A program made the translations under genes and the position numbers. A stretch of DNA of 64,000 nt from Octopus bimaculoides (lineage: Eukaryota). The notes under the pieces are model-generated. The model saw only the letters and a program-made list of their open reading frames with translations. It ran no database searches and was not told the DNA's origin. Of this stretch, positions 55,788-64,000 are shown in pieces; the first letter of the stretch is position 1, and each line of letters begins with the position of its first letter. The stretch is from assembly GCF_001194135.2 (NCBI RefSeq), contig NC_068997.1:11989111-12053110 (forward strand). The letters are read 5' to 3'.

Positions 55788-56251
55788 TATGAATTACATC
55801 GGCCATTTATCTCCAACCTCAAATCCTTTTATCAGAATTTTTTACTGCAACGGCTCGTTTTGTGATGGGAATGTTTATCAACATTGGTGCACTCAAAATA
55901 TTAGGTTACATCCCCTGAATTCTTAAGACTCTTCAAACACGTAGAAGAATACATGGTTTTATGCAGGTGTTGCCATTGCCTTCTCTTTATATATCGTCGC
56001 TTTAGTATCATCAGCTCGCTGCGAATACATCTCACCTAACGCCAAACATTAATTTTCATTAATGAAAATGGATCTCAAAATAAATCTCAAATGTTAATAT
56101 GGCAACTTAATAGTCGACAACAGCTCCATGTTACACACGCTATACAAAATAAAACAACTGTTTCTTACACACAAAAAACACTAACTTTGATCTTCAAGCT
56201 GAGGTTTTCGCCTCATACTTCCCAATTATCCTTTAGAGTGTTCTCATATAT

Positions 56252-56404
56252 AGAGATGCAGGAATGGCTGTGTGGTAAGAAACTTGCTTTCCAACCACAT
56301 GGTTCCAGGTTCAGTTCCACTGCGTAGCATCTTAGGCAAGTGTTTTCTATTATAGCCTCGGGTTAACCAAAGCCTTGTGAGTGGATTTGGTAGACGGAAA
56401 CTGA
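56252..56404 (+). mobile_element. SINE family A, 5' half
   Basis: gcaggaatggctgtgtggtaagaaacttgctttccaaccacatggttccaggttcagttccactgcg...gccttgtgagtggatttggtagacggaaactga. Confidence 0.9.
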
Positions 56405-56904
56405 ATTTACAAAGTTATTGAGTTAACTATGACAGTAAAATTGAAGAAAGCCTCCCTTCGGCTTTCAGAAACTGTCCTCCAGCTGCTTTGTGTTGCATTA
56501 TATTTTTGTGTCATCCCATAAATAATGCGGTTTTTCAATTGCATGAACTACAAGCCGGGATAAACTACATACACGGGACAGATAAAATACCTGCATGAAC
56601 TTGCTATAAAAGCAGGTAGTAATTTTTACCGTCCGCTTTTTCTTAGTGCAAGTTTTGAAGAGTGCATCTCGATTTTAAGTTATTTTTCTCTTCAAAGCTA
56701 TATTGCAAGTACAAAAGAAGCATAATCGGTATATGTTGTTCTATGAGTTTAATAAAGTCAACAATGCCACGGAAAGTGAGAGGAATATTAATGCAGTATA
56801 TGGAGATTCGACAATAAGCATGAGCCAGGATCATATATATATATNNNNNNNNNNTGTACAGTCTTGGTTTTTTTTATCTCATTACGAAAAGTAATTTATA
56901 TATA

Positions 56905-57040
56905 TATATAACGGGCTTCTTTCAGTCTCTGGCTACCAAATCTACTCAGAAGTGCCCAAATCTGCACAAAGTGCCACGCAGTGGGAATGAACCCGGAACC
57001 ATGTGGTTGTAAGAAAGCTACTTATCATACAGTCATGTTC
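56905..57040 (-). mobile_element. SINE family A, diverged 5' half
   Basis: acgggcttctttcagt...aagtgccacgcagtgggaatgaacccggaaccatgtggttg. Confidence 0.8.
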
Positions 57041-57859
57041 TAAATGTACAGTCTTGGTTTTTTTTATCTCATTACGAAAAGTAATTTATATATATATATA
57101 AATGGAGTGGCTGTTGGTTTATTGGTTTATTGGTTTATTGAAAAAAACTAAGCAAAACTCAAGTCACAGTCAAGTTAATCTTTACACAGTACAGAAGGGT
57201 GCGTATTTGTTTGTGTTTGTTTTACATTTTTTAGCTTTAAGTGCAGTTCACAAAATTTCGGAATTCGATGGCTGCCAATTTAACGGCAGCCATCGATGTT
57301 ATAATATTATAACGTTATTCTGTACCTACGGCTATCCAAACTTGCATTCGGTAACTGAATTTTCGAAACTACTATGTCTTTCAATGGGCCCGTTTAGATA
57401 TATTCTTTAAACGGCTGTTAATGACAGCTTTTAAACGCCGCAGAAAGAATAGAAATGCTCAATACTTCTTTCGAAAATATACAGATCTGTGAAAAGAGTA
57501 CCGTTTTCTTACACATGAAGCAATATTATCGCTAACTGAACTTTAGGTTCTGATCCACATAGAATATTTCTGTGGAGAGTTTCAGCCGCTCAAGAGACCG
57601 AGTGATTTTGCATGAAAATCTTTTCTGTGTCTAATTTCATATTTAACGCTTGATTTATACTTTTAATAACTAGTCATAGGCTTAATAATGTATACAGAAA
57701 GAGTGCAGGGCTTCAGCCCCATCTATGACTGATGTCATATCTATAATTTAGTTTCCAACAGTTTGATCTATTTACGGATAGTGGAGGTTTCTGCTGTGAA
57801 GGATTCACAGACACTTTCGTTTTTCTATACATCAGCTGCAGTATCTTTGAAGGTACAGC

Positions 57860-58140
57860 CTTGTTTCATACAAAACCCTGTGATACGCATGGACATGTCA
57901 TCAGTGACACTTGCTGGGGCCATTAGCTATTTCGGGTCTTTCAGCATGACACCCTCCCTCATGCAGGAGATCCAGGTGTGATTGATTAATTCCCGGCTTG
58001 TAACTCTGAGAGCACTGCTTATATTAGAGATCGCCCCTCCAGATCCACAACCAGGTTGAAGCAGATTGTTTGCATTCACCAAGAAATACTGTTTTTTGTA
58101 ATCTTTACCAGTGGGGAGCAGCTCCTGTCGTCTTTCCACT
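57860..58140 (-). mobile_element. HERO/NeSL-type RLE non-LTR retrotransposon, 3' end (ORF C-terminus plus 3' UTR)
   Basis: Minus strand TGKDYK, then a frameshift, then KTVFLGECKQSASTWLWIWRGDL* (stop at 58024-58026), matching the HERO-type terminal AS.W(L/I)W..R motif. The UTR contains gagggtgtc...tgaaagacccgaaa...cactgatga. Confidence 0.65.
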
Positions 58141-58965
58141 TCATTTAGTGACTGAATAAGAGTTTTCTTAGCGTAGTTTTAACTCCATAACAAGTAGCAC
58201 ACTACAAAATCATCTCTAGATGTTACAGATTTTCTACGAATCTCAGATAAGTGTAACCCTGTCATGGCGTAAAATAAAAAAAAAAACTTTATGCGTGAGG
58301 CCTCAGAATCCGTCGGTATAGAATTATGTTTCAGTTTCATAGTCAATATTTCATACCGATGGTTGCAACATTTTAGTCAATTAAAATTAAATATAATCAC
58401 TGAAGCAAGTCAGTTTAAACAAGTTTAATTCATGAAAGACAGAATAGTCAGAGACAACAGCTTACGAATGACACACAGCAGAAACAGTATGAGATGCCAA
58501 CTGCAGACATTCAAGCAGATTCAACCTTGTCTATTGTTAGAATTATCACGTTAATGTCAGATAGAATCAAATCTCTGTGACACTACAATGAAATCGATAA
58601 GTTATCTAATGCTGTTCGTTCAATATTTGTGGTTCTGGAAATGTGATTGGGGATGGCCTCTTATGTAAACTACAAGAGACTAATTAATGAAGATCAATTC
58701 TTCAGTGGTGCTTCTCTCCTAAGAGTGACTCTCTGTATTTCTCTCTTTCTTTCTCTTAATCTTAACATTTTCCAGTTTCTGATAATTATCGTGTTGTAAT
58801 AAAGTTTATAAGAGCTGCTGTACTTTGACCTTATATCTGCCCCATATTCTGTGAGGAGGTATTACAACAGTTCTATTTATGTTATGACATTGTGTTCGGT
58901 TTGGGTTTTTTTTTTTTAATTTTAAGTTGTCCGTGATAAAAGATGATTTAACTATTTTCTTACAG

Positions 58966-59088
58966 AGGAGAAACAACGACCCAGATATTCGTTCAGAGCG
59001 TCCCTTGTTGCCACATGTTATGACTGATAATAATCCTAGCAATGACGGTATCGATCATTATCGTCTTCAGCAGCTCCGCTCCAGATGA
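58966..59088 (+). CDS. Weak candidate terminal coding exon, unknown product (RRNNDPDIRSERPLLPHVMTDNNPSNDGIDHYRLQQLRSR*)
   Basis: Good acceptor (aactattttcttacag), 40 open codons in phase 0, about 45% GC against AT-rich flanks, and AATAAA ~80 bp downstream. No recognisable homology. Confidence 0.25.
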   Translation, partial: RRNNDPDIRSERPLLPHVMTDNNPSNDGIDHYRLQQLRSR

Positions 59089-59550
59089 TACTATCAAGCC
59101 CAAATATACCTGATATAACTGATATGCTAAAAACAAAAAGAGTATCTATTTTTCGAAATTTTAATCCAATAAAATAATTGCTGTATAAAACTAATAAAAC
59201 AACATGTTATGAATTCACGAATAAAGGTAGGCAGACAATGTATAAGATTTTAATTACGCTATATTAGTATACATAGAACCTGTTGCGTGTGTACGCGTGT
59301 GTGCGTATGTATGTGTGTGCGCGCGCGCGTAGTTGTCAGTACGTTGTTACTTCTGTTGCTGATTAACTCCCATATCAGCCATAATTAGCAAGATTTATTA
59401 TGGAAGAATTCCATCCGCTGTCATTCTGTCTTTTGTAAATCTCAGATGACATTGTCCAGTATGTCATTTGTTTCCAAAGAAAGTATTATGTTTCAAGGGA
59501 GATTTTGTTGCTATATCTAGCAGACCTGGCAGCTGTGTAGTTTGTGCGTG

Positions 59551-59601
<51 letters not shown>

Positions 59602-59934
59602 GTGTTTATGTGTGCTGATGATTTCGATGCTGTTGTTAATATTTCTAGGCTTTCATGTTCATCAAAACACTTTATTTAATTATAAGAATTATAATTTCGT
59701 AATTGATGTAATCATTACAAAGGAGTTAATTAGTGAAATTCATATGAGTGGTTAAGATTCTCATTCTGACATACGGCTTTTCAACCTCGTACGTCTCGAA
59801 GTTCTTCAAACCAATCTATGATGAAAGGTAGAGTGAGTTGATTGATTGATGTCAAGGTAAGTGAAGCAAAAGCAATAGCTACGCACTGGAATTAAAAGAA
59901 ATAATTAAAAGAATGTTTTCAGTGAATATATTCG

Positions 59935-60066
59935 CAATACTGGCCGTATGGTATGAAGCTTGTTTCCCAACCATGTAGTTCCGGGTTCAGTCCCACGCGT
60001 GACACATTGGGCAAGTGTCTTCTATTATAGCCTCGGGCCGACCAAAGCCTTGCGAATGGACTTGGT
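59935..60066 (+). mobile_element. SINE family A, running into a gap
   Basis: ccgggttcagtcccacgcgtgacacattgggcaagtgtcttctattatagcctcgggccgaccaaagcc. Confidence 0.9.
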
Positions 60067-60436
60067 NNNNNNNNNNNNNNNNNNNNNNNNNNNNNNNNNN
60101 NNNNNNNNNNNNNNNNNNNNNNNNNNNNNNNNNNNNNNNNNNNNNNNNNNNNNNNNNNNNNNNNNNNNNNNNNNNNNNNNNNNNNNNNNNNNNNNNNNNN
60201 NNNNNNNNNNNNNNNNNNNNNNNNNNNNNNNNNNNNNNNNNNNNNNNNNNNNNNNNNNNNNNNNNNNNNNNNNNNNNNNNNNNNNNNNNNNNNNNNNNNN
60301 NNNNNNNNNNNNNNNNNNNNNNNNNNNNNNNNNNNNNNNNNNNNNNNNNNNNNNNNNNNNNNNNNNNNNNNNNNNNNNNNNNNNNNNNNNNNNNNNNNNN
60401 NNNNNNNNNNNNNNNNNNNNNNNNNNNNNNNNNNNN

Positions 60437-60472
<36 letters not shown>

Positions 60473-60477
60473 ACACA

Positions 60478-60779
60478 CTGTAGCAGCGCCTTTAAGCGAA
60501 CATATCAACCCCAGGACTTACCCTTTGTAAGACTACTATTTATTCTATCGGTTCTATTATCGAACTGCTAGGTTACGGACACGTAAACGCAACAACATCA
60601 AGCGATGTTAGAGGACAAACACAGACACAATATAAATGTATATATACGACGGGATTCTTTCAGTTTACATCTACCAAATCCGCTCACAAGGCTGTGATTG
60701 GCCCACGGCTATAGTAGAAGACACTCGCTCAAGATGCAACGCAGTGGGACTGAACCCGGGACCATGTGGTTGCTAAGCA

Positions 60780-60782
<3 letters not shown>
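60478..60782 (-). mobile_element. SINE family A, near full length, diverged
   Basis: Contains tail (cagcgcctttaag), body and head (gcagtgggactgaacccgggaccatgtggttg) in reverse. Confidence 0.85.
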
Positions 60783-60816
<34 letters not shown>

Positions 60817-60850
60817 NNNNNNNNNNNNNNNNNNNNNNNNNNNNNNNNNN

Positions 60851-60889
<39 letters not shown>

Positions 60890-61340
60890 TGTGAAGGAAA
60901 GAATCTAGGACGCCGCTCGGGCTCAAAAGATTGACCGTTATGTAAACCTCCTCGAAGAATGTGAAGATGCAGGCTGGGAAGCAGAGCATTTTCCAATCGA
61001 AGTCGGATATAGAAGGTTTGTTGGACATAGTGTGAGACGATTGATGTTATCGTTAAGCCTAACTCATCCTAAAGTAAATACCACCATGACCGATATCCAA
61101 ACTGCAGTGGTAAAAGCTAGCCACTGGGTTTATTTAAAAAGAGACGATGAGCGATGGCTAGAAATATATTGAGCTATATTTAATAACCAGTTGATCTAGC
61201 AGACGGGGCCTCATATCAGTGAGGAGTGGCGCCGGTGCGCATTGATGCTCTCGAGAGGTAGGCCCCGAAGCGGTGCGCATTCTCTTCCGATGACCACATA
61301 CATTTGCTGGCTTCCGGTATGCGGCGTTCTCGACTGGTAG
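60890..61340 (+). mobile_element. HERO/NeSL-type RLE non-LTR retrotransposon, 3' end (endonuclease C-terminus 60909-61172 plus 3' UTR)
   Basis: Open frame DAARAQKIDRYVNLLEECEDAGWEAEHFPIEVGYRRFVGHSVRRLMLSL...AVVKASHWVYLKRDDERWLEIY* (not in the ORF track because it lacks a start codon). It matches the RLE motifs K..(K/R)Y..L and P(V/I)EVG.RGF and the terminal AS.W.W.KR. Confidence 0.85.
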
Positions 61341-62237
61341 CACTTGCATGTGCAAGTTGTTTGCAAAACAACTGAGAGTAACTATGATTTAACTCAATAT
61401 ATTGCCATCTTTTACAGTATATACATATGTTACGTTAGGTGAGGCTGTGCGATATTCCAACTAAATGTTCATTTAATCGTATTCACACTACTGTACCAGC
61501 TTGAAATATGCTTTATTTATTTTTAACAATAAGGTATCTGAAAGCAACAAAGAAGGTCTTGGAGTATTTGAAAATAAAATCAGAAAGGAATGCATTAAAG
61601 AAGATATTTGAAATGTGTTTATGGAAAGTTTGAAAACAATTCAAAACTTCATCGTCAACGAAAGAATTTTCAAATTAAATATTAACTTCGAGAAACAATA
61701 TGTTATACAAATATAAGACTGTGTGTGTGTATANNNNNNNNNNNNNNNNNNNNNNNNNNNNNNNNNNNNNNNNNNNNNNNNNNNNNNNNNNNNNNNNNNN
61801 NNNNNNNNNNNNNNNNNNNNNNNNNNNNNNNNNNNNNNNNNNNNNNNNNNNNNNNNNNNNTATACACTTTAAATGTATATTTACGTAAAAACAGAATGCG
61901 CCGAACGAATTAGATAAAGAAATATTTTATGTTCGGAAACTGCTCCACGTTTCGTATATAATTAAATAAAGCATGAACAGCTAAGCTGATTTTTCTTTCC
62001 GATTTTCGACATTATCAAATGAATATGACAATCGTTGCTATACACATCTACGTAACAATCAAGTTTTCCATTGATGTTTACTAAATTTGACTGTTTTGAT
62101 GCAAAACATTCACAATGATTACAGGATAGGTCTAATCAACGTGCGCGCGCAAACACACACATACACAGACAGACACACACACACATAGACACACACGCAA
62201 ACACAAACACATACACACACACGCGCACACATATATA

Positions 62238-62402
62238 TAGGTGTAGGAGTGGCCGTGTGGTAAGTAGTTTGCTTACCAGCCACATGGTCTCGGGTTCAGT
62301 CCCACTACGTGGCACCTTGGCCAAGAGTCTTCTAGTATAACTTCGGGCCGACCAAAATCTTGTGAGTGGATTTGGTTGACGGAAACTGAAAGAAGCCCAT
62401 CG

Positions 62403-62430
<28 letters not shown>
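62238..62430 (+). mobile_element. SINE family A, 5' half ending in (TA)n
   Basis: gtaggagtggccgtgtggtaagtagtttgcttaccagccacatggtctcgggttcagtcccactacgtggcacc (A-box-like tggccgtgtgg, B-box-like ggttcagtccc). Confidence 0.9.
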
Positions 62431-62433
<3 letters not shown>

Positions 62434-63855
62434 TATTTTCTTTATTGTTAAAAGCATATAGGACGTAGTCAGATGTGGCCTCAACTTAGTATTGTTTGAA
62501 TATAAACACTTGAAGTTTGTGTTGAAATTTATGTTACCGTTGGAGAGGTATAAAGATGAATAATTTATGAAATGCTAGACTTTGATATGTTTATATTAAA
62601 GCCTAGCTATTAAACAAGTGACTGACTTTAAATAGAATATTAATATTAATAACTGCTAACACATATGCGAATTTCAACTCGTGTATAAATGTTTAATCTC
62701 ACAAAACATTTAATATTTGTAATTTACTTTATATTAGCATTTGTTTTTTGCAATTTTCTTTAGTATGTAGATGAAAGAAATATTTTCAATTAATGTAAAT
62801 AGCTTTTAGTTTCGGACTCGAAGAAGTAGAACAAATTTCAGAATTTTTCTTTAATACTTACTGGATATTAAGGAAAAAAGAGGGGCGAAATAAATCTAAG
62901 ACTCTACGAGAACATTCTTATTTGTTATTCATCTTTTGAAAACCATCTAATATCTTACGTAGATTAAAATAACTGCTGAAATCTGACAAGAAATAGATTT
63001 AGAATTGAAAAAAAATTGTTTTTCTTTGAATTTTAAAATGTACAAAATACATCAAAGTTTTGTTGCTGTTGTTGTTGTTGTTCCTTCCGTATTGTTTTGT
63101 TTTTAGATCTTCTTTGGTCTTGACACTTTGAAGTTGCTTAAAATAGTCAATAACGTTTTGTTAAAGGTAACTATCAAAATATTTCATTCAAAAGCTTTAC
63201 TTGACGATTTAATGATGCTGCTGTTCATTACTATTGTTGATTGTTGCTGCGACATTTACAGTTATGTTAGATCTATCTAAGTAAGCAAATATATAAGTAA
63301 TGATCAAGATTTTCTTTTGTACCTTACACCTATAGTATTATTGCGCAATATAAAATGTTTTTCTGTGTTTTTCTAAGATGATAAGTTATAATTTCAGGTA
63401 CGTTTCATTGTAAATCTAGGCGGCTATGTAGAGGTTTTCTAATTAACCACTCTAAACCTCATGTTTTTTCGTTGTTGAGTTGATGTTCTAAGAGTTTGTG
63501 GCAGGGACTTCGTCGTTGCTCTTGAGTGTATTCACATACATTAACATTTTTTAAATTTTTTTCGCGTGATATTGATTTTAAAATCATGTCAAGTTAAACT
63601 ACTACGTTTTTGCATCAGACAATGTAGCTTACTATATTTTTTTTTATGGGGGAATTCGTAGAAAATCAATATAAATTCAGCCCTGAACCGAAAAATGGCA
63701 AAAAACAATAACATACAAACTTGAGGCGATAGTGTTAAAGCTGATAACATTTTCATTCTACTACCAAAAACAGGTATAGATTATGCGACACTTTTTGGCA
63801 CACGTTCTCTCTGCTGATTTGCCTAAGCAATAAGTTGTTCAACGAAAATATAAGC

Positions 63856-63869
<14 letters not shown>

Positions 63870-63896
<27 letters not shown>

Positions 63897-63897
63897 T

Positions 63898-63932
<35 letters not shown>
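63870..63932. repeat. (GATA)n microsatellite (others at 31265-31316, 32846-32902, 50826-50869)
   Basis: Directly visible. Confidence 0.95.
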
Positions 63933-63933
<1 letters not shown>

Positions 63934-64000
63934 CTTTCTTTTATTAGCCACACAGGGCTGCACACAGAGAGGACAAATACAACTGTAGAGTTTTTCTTTT

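Overview
AT-rich, microsatellite-dense, gapped eukaryotic DNA with 14 N-gaps. The SINE families point to an octopus genome; this is inference from sequence recall, not a database hit. No intact protein-coding gene can be supported. Almost every long ORF in the track is a translated (TA)n/(CA)n/(GATA)n/(AAG)n tract or an N-run. What can be supported is a transposon graveyard: three tRNA-derived SINE families (about 25 copies), mariner/Tc1 remnants including a 906-bp mariner derivative with ~220-bp inverted ends, a 1.34-kb internally deleted Gypsy LTR element (gag, tRNA-Ser PBS, PPT), a hAT/Charlie-type MITE, Penelope RT remnants, RTE-like LINE scraps and two 3' ends of HERO/NeSL-type RLE retrotransposons. 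The most interesting signals are at the RNA level. First, a Penelope-type minimal hammerhead ribozyme motif at ~31.5 kb. Second, hammerhead core motifs in a non-canonical order in the 3' UTR of both HERO-like elements; both copies are decayed. Third, many nearby inverted repeats able to form dsRNA, including a ~350-400-bp inverted duplication at 47.6-49.2 kb. One weak candidate terminal coding exon lies at 58966-59088.
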